Origin: an uncultured Verrucomicrobiae bacterium
Lineage (GTDB): Bacteria; Verrucomicrobiota; Verrucomicrobiia; Chthoniobacterales; Chthoniobacteraceae
Direction: 5' to 3'
NCBI GenBank assembly: GCA_963769025.1
Contig: CAVYKI010000012.1
Location: forward strand, 288,001 to 352,000
DNA: 64,000 nucleotides
How positions within the stretch are numbered: the first letter of the stretch is position 1; the number at the start of each line of letters is the position of its first letter. Below the pieces are notes generated by a model, which saw nothing but the letters and a program-made list of their open reading frames with translations, had not been told where the DNA came from and did not search any database. Made by a program: the position numbers and the translations under genes. This document shows, in pieces, positions 26,844-39,187 of the stretch.

Positions 26844-27084
26844 GGCGTAAGATTGGACGGATGCGGCACGAAATCGTTCAACCTGTTTGCCCAGTTTTCG
26901 CCGCCGCTGCGCACACGCTCTCCGCGTTGCCGTTGAACAAGCCGTTCGCGATGCACGTCAGACGCAGTGCGAACATTCAACGGCGGCAGCGGTGAATTCC
27001 GCTGAAACCTGGCCATCATCCGGGTGGGGTTGGAATCCCCGGCCGCCGGCATTTTTCATGCGCCGGGGGATCTGCGAACGGGCA

Positions 27085-27113
27085 TTGCACACAGGTAGGC
27101 CGGCCATTACACT
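27085..27113 (+). promoter_or_regulatory. Sigma70-like promoter
   Basis: TTGCAC-N17-TACACT, followed by AGGAG and the ATG at 27140. Confidence 0.55.
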
Positions 27114-27139
27114 GAAAGTGGAAAAACCCCAGGAGCCTT

Positions 27140-27823
27140 ATGAACGAAAAAACGCTCAGTCTTTACCAACACGTACTGCGGGGACTGTCGGAGGAATGTT
27201 CCCAAATCGAGTCTCTCGACGAGAGGTTCGTATCCTTCGTGTCGGACGTCCGCGACATCGAGCGGGATGCCATCGCCGGCGCCCCTCCGGCGGATTGGGA
27301 GCGCGACTGGACCCGCATCGGCACGTTGCTCGCCGACATCCACGTGCACGCGGCCAATGCGCGCAAGCGGCTTCAGGACACCGTATCGCCCGACAGCGAT
27401 CCCCTGGCGGAGTGGGCGCCGGTCGCCGCGATCGACGATGAAATCGAGGCGTTGCTCGCAAAGCGGAAGGCCGCCGCGGCCGCGCTGGTGACGCCGGCGA
27501 AGCACGCCGACTGGGAGGCTGGATGGATGGCGCTTGAATCCCATTTTTTCACGTTGCGCGCGCACGCGAGGAGCTTGCAGGTGAAGCTCGAATTGCAACG
27601 CCGCTTCGGAAAACAGAAGGCCACGGAGATCGCCGCGGATCTGGCCGCGAAGCTGCCGGAAGACCTGCGCGACGCGAAGGGCGTCGAGGCGCTCCACAAG
27701 GCTGACGAGCAGTTGCAGGAGGACCGTCAGCATTTCCATGGCGTCTGGGACATGTTGAAGGCGCTCGCGCTCTGGGTGGAAACCCCTGAAGAGCGCGCCC
27801 GGCAGATCCGCGAGGAAAAATAG
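27140..27823 (+). CDS. Hypothetical alpha-helical protein
   Basis: 227-aa ORF with its own promoter-like and RBS elements and helical composition. Confidence 0.75.
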   Translation: MNEKTLSLYQHVLRGLSEECSQIESLDERFVSFVSDVRDIERDAIAGAPPADWERDWTRIGTLLADIHVHAANARKRLQDTVSPDSDPLAEWAPVAAIDDEIEALLAKRKAAAAALVTPAKHADWEAGWMALESHFFTLRAHARSLQVKLELQRRFGKQKATEIAADLAAKLPEDLRDAKGVEALHKADEQLQEDRQHFHGVWDMLKALALWVETPEERARQIREEK

Positions 27824-28164
27824 CACCCGCGGAGCATCGCCTTCGCGAAGACCCGGTCGATCGCTGCGGGCTCGCTGCGTCGGCTGACTCACTCAAAGGA
27901 CCGTGCGAGCCAAACGGAAGGCGCGCGGTCCGATCGGGCGTAGTGTCGGATTGTGTGAAGCCCCGGTGGGCGCTCATTTTGAAGGAGGAAGCCATGAAAT
28001 CAGGAAACTCCTCCATGGGCGTCCTGCTTCATCAACTTCCGAACTGAGCCACTACCGACGCCGCCCGTATGGCTGATGGCCGGCGTTCATCCCACGGAAA
28101 GCGCCTTTCCTGCGCGTCAAGGACCGGTGGCCTTCGCGATGTAAATCCGTCCCTTTCGAGGACT

Positions 28165-28180
28165 TGGCACCGGGCGTGCT
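28165..28180 (+). promoter_or_regulatory. Sigma54 (-24/-12)-like site
   Basis: TGGCAC-CGGGC-GTGCT (GG-N10-GC) immediately upstream of GGAG and the ATG at 28198. Confidence 0.45.
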
Positions 28181-28197
28181 AAGGCACCCGGGAGTCC

Positions 28198-31100
28198 ATG
28201 ACTGGATCCGAAACTCATCGTCGACAGAAATCACGTCCCTGCCGCCACTTGCGACTACTTGCCGCAGTGGTGTCCGGCGTGTTGCTGGCATCGGCGAGTG
28301 CGCTTCGGGCCGCTACTTTGACGTGGACGGGGGCGGGTGGCGACGGGCTCGTCGGCACTGCTGCGAACTGGAGTCCCGCGCAGATCCCGGTTTCCGGTGA
28401 CGTGTTGATCTTCGCGGGAAGCACATCCCTCGCACCACAAACCGGGACGGCCTTGAGCGTCGGCTCGATCACTTTCAACAGTACGGCTTCGACGTTCACC
28501 CTCGGCGGCGCGGGCATGTACACGATCGGATCCGGTGGCCTCACCAACAGCAGTGCGAGCACACAGACCATCAACAACGCCATCACCCTCAGCGCGGCGC
28601 AGACGTGGAACGCGACCAGCGGCTCCCTGGTCTTCGGCGGCAATATCGCCAACGGCGGATTTCTGCTGACGCTCGGCGGCGGCTTTGCGACGGCCATCAA
28701 CGGTGTGATCAGCGGCACGGGCGGCCTCACGAAGGCCAGCACCAGCACCAACACCCTGACCTTGAATGGAGCCAACACCTACTCGGGGACGACCACCCTC
28801 TCGGGCACCAGCGGCACTGTCGCCATCGGCAACAACTCGGCCTTCGGCACCGGCACCCTCACGCTGGGCGGCGCGAGAATCCAGACCTCCGGCGGGGCTC
28901 GCACCATTGGCAACGCCATCAGCGTCACCGCCAACACGACCTTCACCAACGCGGACGACCTGACCTTCAACGGCAACTTGAGCATGACGGCCAACCGCAC
29001 GTTCACCACCAGCGGCGCGGGGATCGTCACCTTCAACGGCATCGTCACCCAAGCATCCGGCAGTCGCAGACTCACCAAGGCCGGCACCGGCACGCTGATC
29101 CTCAACGGTGCGAACACCCACACCGGCGGCACGACCCTCAGCGCGGGCACCCTCATCCTCGGCAACAACTCCGCCGCCGGCACCGGCACGTTTTCCCTCG
29201 GCGCCGGCACCATCCAGGCCGGCGGCGGTGCGCGCACTTTCACCAATGCCGTCACACTCGCGGGCAACACGACGTTCTCCGGCTCCAATGACTTCACCTT
29301 CACCGGCGCGGCGGCTGCATCGGCCACCCGCACGCTCACAGTCAGCAATGCTTCCACGACCTTCACCGGCGTCATCAGCGGTTCGGGCGGACTGACGAAA
29401 AACGGCGCCGGAACGCTTACCCTCGGTGGCACGGCCGCGAACACCTTGAGCGGCACCGTGAGGGTGAACGAAGGCGCGCTCGTGCTCAACAAGACGGCGG
29501 GCCTGAACGCATTCGGCGGCTCGGTACTCACGATCGGCGATTCGTCGGGGGCGGCAAATTCGGCCATCATCCGGCTCAACGCCTCCGGCCAGATTCCCTC
29601 CGCAGCGGCCGTGACGATCCGGACAGACGGCCAGCTCGATCTGCAAAGCTTCACCGACGACATCGGCACGCTGACCATGACCGGCGGCAGCGTCACCGGT
29701 ACGGCCACCTCGCGGCTCGACCTCGGCGGGAATCTCACCGCGACCACGACCGGCTCGAATGTCGCGATGATCACCTCGAATGTCGGCCTCAACGCATCGC
29801 GCACTTTTACCATCAACAACAACTCGGTCGCCACGGACAGCGATCTGACCGTCTCCGGGATCATTTCCGATGGCGGCGCAGCCAGCGCGATCACGAAGGC
29901 AGGTCTTGGGACGTTGCTCCTCAGCGGCGCGAACACTTTCAGCGGCGGTTCGAGCATCAACGCCGGCACCGTGACCATCGACCATTCCTCCGCGCTCGGC
30001 ACCGGCGCGGTGAACTTCGGCGACACCACCGGCAGCACCGCCGCCAGCGTGCTTTTCGGCACAAATGGCGGATACAATGTGACCAATGCCATCACCGTGC
30101 GCTCCGGCAGCACCGGTGCTCTGACACTGGGCGGCACGAACACCGGCGGCACGAATGCATTCAGCGGCGCCATCACGCTGAACAAATCCGTCACGCTCAC
30201 CGCCGAGGCGGGAGGCACGGTTGCATTCGGCGGCGCGATCTCGGGCGCGGGGTTCGGCATCACCGCCAACGGCACGGGCACCATGCTACTCAGCGGCGCG
30301 AACACGTACACCGGCCTGACGACCGTCAGCGGAGGCACGCTGGCCTACGGCGCCAGCAATGTCATCGCCACCGGCGGCGTCACCATTGACGGCGCCACGT
30401 CGGTCCTCGATCAGCGCGCAAACCAGAGTGACACGGTGGGGCAGGTCATTCTTTCCAACGGCGGCACCATCACCGGCAGCGGCACTTCCACTCTCAGCAG
30501 CACCGCGGGATTCGACTTGCGCGATGGCTCGGTGTCCATCGCGCTCGGCGGCAGCGTGGCGCTCACAAAATCCACCGCGTCCACCGTCACGCTCTCCGGG
30601 CAGAACACCTACACCGGAGCGACCAGCGTCACCGCCGGCACACTGGAACTCGGCATCGCAGGCAGTCTCCCGTCCGCATCCGCCGTCAGCATTTCCAGTG
30701 GCGCGGAGTTGGATCTCGGCGGGTACAATCAAACCATCGGCTCGCTCGCCGGCGCGGGCTCGGTCACGCTCGGAGCTGCGGTCCTGACGGCTGGCGGCGA
30801 CAGCAGCTCGACCACATTTTCCGGCGTCATCAGCGGCTCCGGCGCGCTCACGAAAACCGGCGGCGGCATTTTCACGGTGAGCGGAACGAACACCTACACT
30901 GGCGCAACGACCGTCAGCGCGGGCACGCTGCGGCTCGGCGCGTCCGATGGCGTGTTCAGTTCCACGGTGCTGAATGTGGCCGGCGGCGCGACCTTCGATC
31001 TCAACAACTTCTCCACAACCGTCGGCTCGCTCACCGGCGCGGGCAGCATCACCCTGGGCAGCGGCACTCTGACCTCGGGCGCCCACAGTTCGAATGTGAC

Positions 31101-34100
31101 CTTTTCCGGCGTCATCAGCGGCACCGGCGGCTACATCAAAAATGGAACCGACACGCTCACACTCACCGGCACCAACACCTTCTCCGGCGCGGTCACGATC
31201 AACAATGGCTCCCTCGTGCTCTCCGGTTCTTCGGGCGGCACCGCGAACGCCTCGGACTTCACCCTCGGCAGCGGCGCGACTTTGACGCTCGACAACAGCG
31301 CAGGCGACCAGAGCAACCGCATCGGCGACAGCGCGGCCATCACGCTCAAGGGCGGCACGCTGCGCTACGTCTCCGCCGGCAGCGGCTCGGGCGAAACCGT
31401 CGGCGCGCTCATCGCGTCAAGCGGCGCTTCCAATGTCACCGTCGTTCACAACGGCACGTCCACCGACAGCACCTCGCTGACGTTCAGCTCGCTCGGCACG
31501 ATCAGCGCCGGGGCGACAGTGAACTTCTCCGCCATCGGTGGCACGCTGGGCTCCGACGTTTTCGGCCCGCACATCTACATCACCGGCCAGGCGGAAGGTC
31601 TCATCGGCGGCTGGGCCACCGTCGGCAGCAATTTTGCCGAATACTATTCCGACGGCGTTCGCGCATTCAGCACCTACTACACCGGCAGCTTCGGCATCAA
31701 TGTGGACGACCCCACCAAGATCGTCCTCCTCGACAGCAGTTCACCTGCTTCCGCGTACACGCTCACGAACGATGGCACGACGACCGACCTCGGACTGAGT
31801 CTCACCGATGTTGCCAACGTCGATCTCGGCGCATCGGCATCGCGCACGCTGAATCTCCTGGGCGGCGGCCTGCTCAGTTCAATATCGCCCACGACCATCT
31901 CCGGCGCGGGACGGCTCACCGCCGGGGGCACGGCTGCCGGTTCGCTCGCGGTCTCGGTGGACGACGGTCACCCGCTCACGATTTCATCGAGCATCATCGA
32001 CAATGCCGGCCCGAACGGCACCTACGGCGATGGGGACGACGGGGTGATCTCGCTCTCGAAAGCCGACACCGGCGTGCTGATTCTAAGCGGGGCCAATACT
32101 TTCAGCGGCAGCGTCTTCATCAATGAAGGCACCGTCCAGATCAGCGCGGAGAACAACCTCGGCGCATCGGGCAACGACGTGATCTTCAGTGGCGGCACGC
32201 TCAGCATCACCGCGGGATTCACCGCCGGCACTGGAAAGGTTTTCACCGTGACCTCCGACCGGACGGGCACGCTCGACATCGCCTCCGGGCAGACGCTCAC
32301 CCTCGGCAATGCCAGCGATGTGCTCACCACGGGCAACGCCGCGAGCGTGCTGTTCAAGGCCGGGGCGGGCGCATTGGTGATTCAGACCGCAAACCCATCC
32401 TTCGATGGCACGCTGCAGATTGACGCCGGCACGATCGAACTGCGGAATGCCCAGTCGCTCGGCGATGCGGTCAACCCCGGCCGCGTCACCCTCAACAGCG
32501 GCACGCTGAAGCTGCGCAACGATACAGGCACGAACTTCGCCAACAGCGTGACGGTCGCGGCGGATTCGGTGATCGACGTCGGCGGGCTCACCGGCACCAC
32601 GCCCGCGGTGACACACACGCTCGGCGCACTTTCCATCGGGGCGAACACCCTCACGATCACCGGCAGCAACGGCGCGGCGCTGGTGTTCGGCGCGGTGACA
32701 CTCACCGGATATGCGACGCTCAATCCCACCACGGCCGACGCGACGCTCGGTGGCGTTTCCGGCTTGTTTGGAATCACCAAGACCGGCGCCGGCACGCTAA
32801 TGCTGAACGGCACCAGCAGCTACACGGGCGCGACCACGATCAGCGCGGGCACAGTGCGCCTGGGAGTCGCAGGCGGCGTGGCGTCCGCGTCGGCGGTCAC
32901 CGTTGCCGGCGGCGCAACATTCGATCTCAGCAACTTCAGCGCGACCATCGGCTCGCTCGCGGGCGCAGGCAGCGTCGCTCTCGGCAGCGGGACGATCACC
33001 GCTGGCGGCAATAATTCGGGCACCACATTTTCCGGCATCGTCAGCGGCACCGGCGGGCTGACAAAAACCGGCAGCGGCGCTTTCACTGTCAGCGGCGCGA
33101 ACACCTACTCCGGCATCACCAGCGTCGCCGGTGGCACGCTGCGGCTTGGCAGCACGAGCGGGGTGCCGTCCACCTCGGCGCTCACCATCGCGGGCGGCGC
33201 GACTTTTGATCTGAACAATTTCAGCGCGACCACCGGTTCGCTCGCGGGCGCGGGCAGCGTCACGCTCGGCAGCGGCACTCTCACGACCGGCGGCGACAAT
33301 TCGAGCACGACCTTCTCCGGCGTCATGAGCGGCAGTGGCGGCTTCACGAAAACCGGAAGCGGTGCGCTCACACTCTCCGGCGCGAGTACGTTCACGGGCA
33401 CTTTTGACGTCAGCAATGGCACCGTCATCGCCCAGCACTCCTCCGCGTTTGGCGGCACGGCGGGCGGCACGGTCGTCGCCGCCGGAGCGGAATTGCAGAT
33501 CGCTGGCGGCATCGCCGTGGGCGCGGAGCCGTTGACGCTGCGCGGATCGGGCACGGGCGGCTCGGGTGCGCTGCGCCTGCTCAGCGGCGCAGCCTCGGCT
33601 GGCGGCAACATCACGCTCGCGGCCGCAACGACCATCGGCGCGGAAGGGGGGACGCTCACGCTCGCCGGTACGATCGGGACCGGTGGATTCTCCCTCACCT
33701 TCACCGGCGCGGGGAACATCCAGTCCGACGGCATCATCGGCGGCAGCGGCGGCATCGTGCAAAACGGCGCGGGCACGCTCACCTTGACCGCGTCGAACAC
33801 ATACACCGGGGCCACGACGATAAACTCCGGCGCGGTCGCCTTGCAAAACGGGATGGGCTTCGGCGCGGCGGGCACGGGCGCGGTGACTCTCGTAAGCGGC
33901 GCGGCGATCGTCATCAACAACGCGGGCGGCATCAACGTGGGTGACAAATCGCTGACGCTGAATGGCACCGGAATCAGCGGAACGGGTGCCATCGCCAGCA
34001 TCCTGGGAAACCATGGGTGGGCAGGCAGCATCACGCTCGCCTCGGACGTGACGATCGCGGTGGAGGCGGACAGCCTCACGCTTTCCGGGGCGATCGGCGA

Positions 34101-37100
34101 ATCGGGCGGCGCACGCGCGCTGACCAAGATCGGGGCCGGCACGCTCGTGTTCGACGGGAGCAATGCTTACACCGGCGCGACGCTGATCGACGCTGGCGCC
34201 CTGCAGATCGGCTCTTCCGAGCGCATCGGCAACTCCTCAGCCGTGACGGTGGCCGCGGGCGGGACGCTGGACTTGAACGACGCCGATGAAACGATCGGCT
34301 CGCTCGCGGGCGCGGGGATCGTCTCGTTCGGCACCGCCGCGACGTCATCGCTCACGACCGGCGTCGATGGCACGAGCACGGCTTTTTCCGGCGTCCTCAG
34401 CGGCAGCGGCGATTTCATCAAGACGGGCAGCGGCACGCTGACGCTGAGCGGCGCGAACACTTTCACCGGCACGGTTTTCATCAACGGCGGCATCCTTTCG
34501 ATCAATGCCGACACGCGCCTGGGCAACAGCGGCAACGGGCTCGATTTCGGAGGAGGCACGCTCAGGCTGACCGCGGCGATTACGACCAGCCGCGCGATCC
34601 ATCTGAGCACCGCGGGCACCGTGGACACCGCCGGGGTGAACTCCACCATCAGCAGTGCCATGAGCGGCAGCGGTTCGTTCACGAAGATCGGCGCCGGCAC
34701 ACTCAGCCTCACCGCGGCGAACACGTATACCGGCAGCACCACGGTGAGCGCAGGCACGCTGAGCCTCGGTGCCAGCGGCGCGATCGCGAGCTCCAGCGTC
34801 GGCGTCAGCAGCGGGGCGACGCTCTCCATCGTCAGCGGCGGCACCCTTTCCAGCAGCGCGGCGCTGACCGCCGATGGCGCGGTGAACTACAACAGTGCGA
34901 CCGCGACCATCGGTTCACTCAACGGCGCGGGCACCGGGGTGGTCTCGCTCAATACCACCACCCTCACGCTCGGCAGCGGCAGCTATGCGGGCATCGTGCA
35001 AAATGGCGCCGGCGCGGGCGGCCTGACCAAGACCTCCACGGGCACCCTCACGCTCACCGGCGCGAACACTTATACCGGCGCGACCACGGTGAATCTCGGC
35101 ACCATGGTCCTCGGCAGCGGCGGGTCGCTCGGCGGGACAGCCGTGACGGTGGGCAGCGGCGCGACGCCGACGGCCTCAGCCGGGCACGCCACTTTGCAGA
35201 TCAACGGAAACTACACCATCGGCACCGCCTCCGCGGGCGGACTCACCGTGCGGGGCGGCAACACCGGCGGCACGCCTCTGGGACAGGGAACGCTGAGCCT
35301 GCTGGACGGAACGATCAACACGCTGACACTGGCCAACACCTCGGCCACCACGAACCTCACGCTCGGAGGCGCGGCGGGGAATCCATCCATCCTCTACTTC
35401 GACCTTGGCAATGCCTCCACGGACTCGATCGCGGTGGGGAAAAAGCTGACGCTGAATGCGGGCGGCGCGATCATCCATCTCAACCAGCTTTCTGGCACGA
35501 ACATCGCCAACGGGACCTACACGCTGCTCAGCTTCACCGCCTTCGGCAGCGCACCCGCGGGCGCGTTCACCCTCGGCGCCGGGAGCACGAGCTTTGGCGG
35601 CCATAACTTCGCGCTCACCCCATACACCAGCATCTCCACGGTCGCATCGCTGGTCGTCACGTCCAATGTCACGCCGACGGTCGCGTACTGGACCGGGAGC
35701 CAGGATGCACTCTGGAGTTCGTTCGGCGTCAGCATGGCCAATACGAATTTCAGCACCGATGCCACGGGTGCCACGAATACCTTCCAGATCCCTGGAGGCG
35801 TCTCCGATGTCTTCGTTTCCGCAAACAGCAGCGCCAGCCTCAGCACCACGCTCGGGCTGGATTTCTCGATCAAAAGCCTGACGTTCACCGGCACCGGCAC
35901 GACGGCGGCCTCCAGTTCCGTGAGCATCGGCGGCGCGAACACCCTGACGCTCGGCACCGGCGGTATCACGGTGCAGGCGGGCTCCGCCGCCCACACCATC
36001 AGCGCGAGCGTCGCCCTTGGCGCAGCGCAGTCATGGACCAACAACAGCGGCAGCCTCATGACCGTGAGCGGCAACGTCAGCAACGGTGCGAATCTCCTCA
36101 CCATCGCCGGCAGCGGCAGCACGACCATTTCCGGCATCATCGGCAACGGCAGCGGCGGCGTGACGAAGACCGGCGCAGGCACGCTCACACTCTCCGGCGC
36201 GAATACCTACACCGGCGGCACCACGCTCAGCGCCGGCACCCTCGCGCTTGGAAGTTCCGGCGCACTCGGCAGCTCGGGGACCATCATCCTCGGCGGCGGC
36301 ACGCTGAAATTCAGCGCGAGCAACACCACCGACTATTCCGCGCGCTTCAGCACCGCCGCGGGTCAGGCATACAATTTCGACACCAACGGCCAGGATGTGA
36401 CTTTCGCCACCGCACTGACCAGTTCGGGCGCCACGCTCACCAAATCCGGCGCGGGCACGCTCACTCTGAGCGGCGCGAATACCTTCAGCGGTGGCTCGAC
36501 CGTGAGTGCGGGCACTCTTTCCGTGAACGGTTCGCTGGCCGGCGGAGTCACCGTCGGCAGTTCGGGCACGCTGACCGGCGCGGGCACCGTGAACGGCACT
36601 TTTAACACCGCCGGCACCCTCACGGTAAACGGCGGGGCCTTCACGATCGGCGGAGCCGGCAGCCATCTGAACAACACCGGCGCCGTCGCGATCCTGAATG
36701 GGACGCTGAACGTGGCCGGCAATTATGTGCAGACTTCAGGGAGCACCTCGCTGAAGAGCGGCACGATCACCGCCTCGACGATCCAGTTCAATGGCGGCAC
36801 GTTTGTGGATCCGGGCACGAGCACCTTGAACGGCGACGTCTCCAACAGCGCGTCCTTCCTCGTGAATGACAACAGCACGCTGAATGTAAACGGCCATTTT
36901 GCCAACACGGGCGCCGGGACCGTCAGCATTATCGAGAACAGCACGATGAACGTGACGACCGGCTTCAACATGACGAACGCGGGTGCGGTGACGATCGCCT
37001 CGGGCAGCTCGATCGCGCTCGCCAGCGGCAGCTACACGCAAAGTGCCGGCACCACGACGATCGACGGGACACTCGCCGCGGCGACGATCGCCATCAGCGG

Positions 37101-37641
37101 AGGGACCGTCGAAGCCAACGGCGCGGGCGCGCTCGGCAGCACCTCGGCGGTGACGATCAACTCCGGAGGAACGCTTCTCCTCCACGGCACCGGGGATCGG
37201 ATCAACGATGCAGCGGCCATCACGCTCGCCGGCGGCACCTTCAATACCGGCGGCCTCAGCGAAAGGGTCGGCCCCGTCACGCTGACCGCCTCATCGACCC
37301 TCGATTTCGGGACTGGCGTGAGCGTGCTCGAATTCAGCACTGCCGGATCGACCTTCGCGAATGGGCAGACGCTGACGGTCAATAACTGGAGCGGGAACGC
37401 AAACGGCGGCGGCACCGATCAGTTGATCTTCGGCCAGAACATGTCGGGCTATTTCAACCAGATCAGCTTCAGCGGATTCGGGGGCACGGGACAAGTCAGC
37501 TTGGGCGACGGACGGTTCGAGCTCGTCCCCGTCCCCGAGCCGGCGACCATTGCGGGCGCTCTCTGCCTGCTAAGCTTCGTGGCATTCCGCGAACGGGGAC
37601 GGCTGAGGCGGATCTGGGCGGCATCGCGAGCCGGAAAATAA
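28198..37641 (+). CDS. Giant (3147 aa) autotransporter-associated beta-strand-repeat surface protein with PEP-CTERM sorting signal
   Basis: Signal peptide, many LTKxGxGTLTLSGANTYTGxTxVxxGTL repeats, C-terminal VPVPEPATIAGALCLLSFVAFRERGRLRR. Confidence 0.93.
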   Translation: MTGSETHRRQKSRPCRHLRLLAAVVSGVLLASASALRAATLTWTGAGGDGLVGTAANWSPAQIPVSGDVLIFAGSTSLAPQTGTALSVGSITFNSTASTFTLGGAGMYTIGSGGLTNSSASTQTINNAITLSAAQTWNATSGSLVFGGNIANGGFLLTLGGGFATAINGVISGTGGLTKASTSTNTLTLNGANTYSGTTTLSGTSGTVAIGNNSAFGTGTLTLGGARIQTSGGARTIGNAISVTANTTFTNADDLTFNGNLSMTANRTFTTSGAGIVTFNGIVTQASGSRRLTKAGTGTLILNGANTHTGGTTLSAGTLILGNNSAAGTGTFSLGAGTIQAGGGARTFTNAVTLAGNTTFSGSNDFTFTGAAAASATRTLTVSNASTTFTGVISGSGGLTKNGAGTLTLGGTAANTLSGTVRVNEGALVLNKTAGLNAFGGSVLTIGDSSGAANSAIIRLNASGQIPSAAAVTIRTDGQLDLQSFTDDIGTLTMTGGSVTGTATSRLDLGGNLTATTTGSNVAMITSNVGLNASRTFTINNNSVATDSDLTVSGIISDGGAASAITKAGLGTLLLSGANTFSGGSSINAGTVTIDHSSALGTGAVNFGDTTGSTAASVLFGTNGGYNVTNAITVRSGSTGALTLGGTNTGGTNAFSGAITLNKSVTLTAEAGGTVAFGGAISGAGFGITANGTGTMLLSGANTYTGLTTVSGGTLAYGASNVIATGGVTIDGATSVLDQRANQSDTVGQVILSNGGTITGSGTSTLSSTAGFDLRDGSVSIALGGSVALTKSTASTVTLSGQNTYTGATSVTAGTLELGIAGSLPSASAVSISSGAELDLGGYNQTIGSLAGAGSVTLGAAVLTAGGDSSSTTFSGVISGSGALTKTGGGIFTVSGTNTYTGATTVSAGTLRLGASDGVFSSTVLNVAGGATFDLNNFSTTVGSLTGAGSITLGSGTLTSGAHSSNVTFSGVISGTGGYIKNGTDTLTLTGTNTFSGAVTINNGSLVLSGSSGGTANASDFTLGSGATLTLDNSAGDQSNRIGDSAAITLKGGTLRYVSAGSGSGETVGALIASSGASNVTVVHNGTSTDSTSLTFSSLGTISAGATVNFSAIGGTLGSDVFGPHIYITGQAEGLIGGWATVGSNFAEYYSDGVRAFSTYYTGSFGINVDDPTKIVLLDSSSPASAYTLTNDGTTTDLGLSLTDVANVDLGASASRTLNLLGGGLLSSISPTTISGAGRLTAGGTAAGSLAVSVDDGHPLTISSSIIDNAGPNGTYGDGDDGVISLSKADTGVLILSGANTFSGSVFINEGTVQISAENNLGASGNDVIFSGGTLSITAGFTAGTGKVFTVTSDRTGTLDIASGQTLTLGNASDVLTTGNAASVLFKAGAGALVIQTANPSFDGTLQIDAGTIELRNAQSLGDAVNPGRVTLNSGTLKLRNDTGTNFANSVTVAADSVIDVGGLTGTTPAVTHTLGALSIGANTLTITGSNGAALVFGAVTLTGYATLNPTTADATLGGVSGLFGITKTGAGTLMLNGTSSYTGATTISAGTVRLGVAGGVASASAVTVAGGATFDLSNFSATIGSLAGAGSVALGSGTITAGGNNSGTTFSGIVSGTGGLTKTGSGAFTVSGANTYSGITSVAGGTLRLGSTSGVPSTSALTIAGGATFDLNNFSATTGSLAGAGSVTLGSGTLTTGGDNSSTTFSGVMSGSGGFTKTGSGALTLSGASTFTGTFDVSNGTVIAQHSSAFGGTAGGTVVAAGAELQIAGGIAVGAEPLTLRGSGTGGSGALRLLSGAASAGGNITLAAATTIGAEGGTLTLAGTIGTGGFSLTFTGAGNIQSDGIIGGSGGIVQNGAGTLTLTASNTYTGATTINSGAVALQNGMGFGAAGTGAVTLVSGAAIVINNAGGINVGDKSLTLNGTGISGTGAIASILGNHGWAGSITLASDVTIAVEADSLTLSGAIGESGGARALTKIGAGTLVFDGSNAYTGATLIDAGALQIGSSERIGNSSAVTVAAGGTLDLNDADETIGSLAGAGIVSFGTAATSSLTTGVDGTSTAFSGVLSGSGDFIKTGSGTLTLSGANTFTGTVFINGGILSINADTRLGNSGNGLDFGGGTLRLTAAITTSRAIHLSTAGTVDTAGVNSTISSAMSGSGSFTKIGAGTLSLTAANTYTGSTTVSAGTLSLGASGAIASSSVGVSSGATLSIVSGGTLSSSAALTADGAVNYNSATATIGSLNGAGTGVVSLNTTTLTLGSGSYAGIVQNGAGAGGLTKTSTGTLTLTGANTYTGATTVNLGTMVLGSGGSLGGTAVTVGSGATPTASAGHATLQINGNYTIGTASAGGLTVRGGNTGGTPLGQGTLSLLDGTINTLTLANTSATTNLTLGGAAGNPSILYFDLGNASTDSIAVGKKLTLNAGGAIIHLNQLSGTNIANGTYTLLSFTAFGSAPAGAFTLGAGSTSFGGHNFALTPYTSISTVASLVVTSNVTPTVAYWTGSQDALWSSFGVSMANTNFSTDATGATNTFQIPGGVSDVFVSANSSASLSTTLGLDFSIKSLTFTGTGTTAASSSVSIGGANTLTLGTGGITVQAGSAAHTISASVALGAAQSWTNNSGSLMTVSGNVSNGANLLTIAGSGSTTISGIIGNGSGGVTKTGAGTLTLSGANTYTGGTTLSAGTLALGSSGALGSSGTIILGGGTLKFSASNTTDYSARFSTAAGQAYNFDTNGQDVTFATALTSSGATLTKSGAGTLTLSGANTFSGGSTVSAGTLSVNGSLAGGVTVGSSGTLTGAGTVNGTFNTAGTLTVNGGAFTIGGAGSHLNNTGAVAILNGTLNVAGNYVQTSGSTSLKSGTITASTIQFNGGTFVDPGTSTLNGDVSNSASFLVNDNSTLNVNGHFANTGAGTVSIIENSTMNVTTGFNMTNAGAVTIASGSSIALASGSYTQSAGTTTIDGTLAAATIAISGGTVEANGAGALGSTSAVTINSGGTLLLHGTGDRINDAAAITLAGGTFNTGGLSERVGPVTLTASSTLDFGTGVSVLEFSTAGSTFANGQTLTVNNWSGNANGGGTDQLIFGQNMSGYFNQISFSGFGGTGQVSLGDGRFELVPVPEPATIAGALCLLSFVAFRERGRLRRIWAASRAGK

Positions 37642-37663
37642 AACCGCGGCGCGTCGGCGGCCC

Positions 37664-39103
<1,440 letters not shown>

Positions 39104-39187
39104 GTGTGGACGTGGATTCTGTCCGGCGCGCAAGCGGAGGTGTCGAGCGGAAATGCCGCGACTTTTCGCCGCCAAGGGCAGGCGCGG

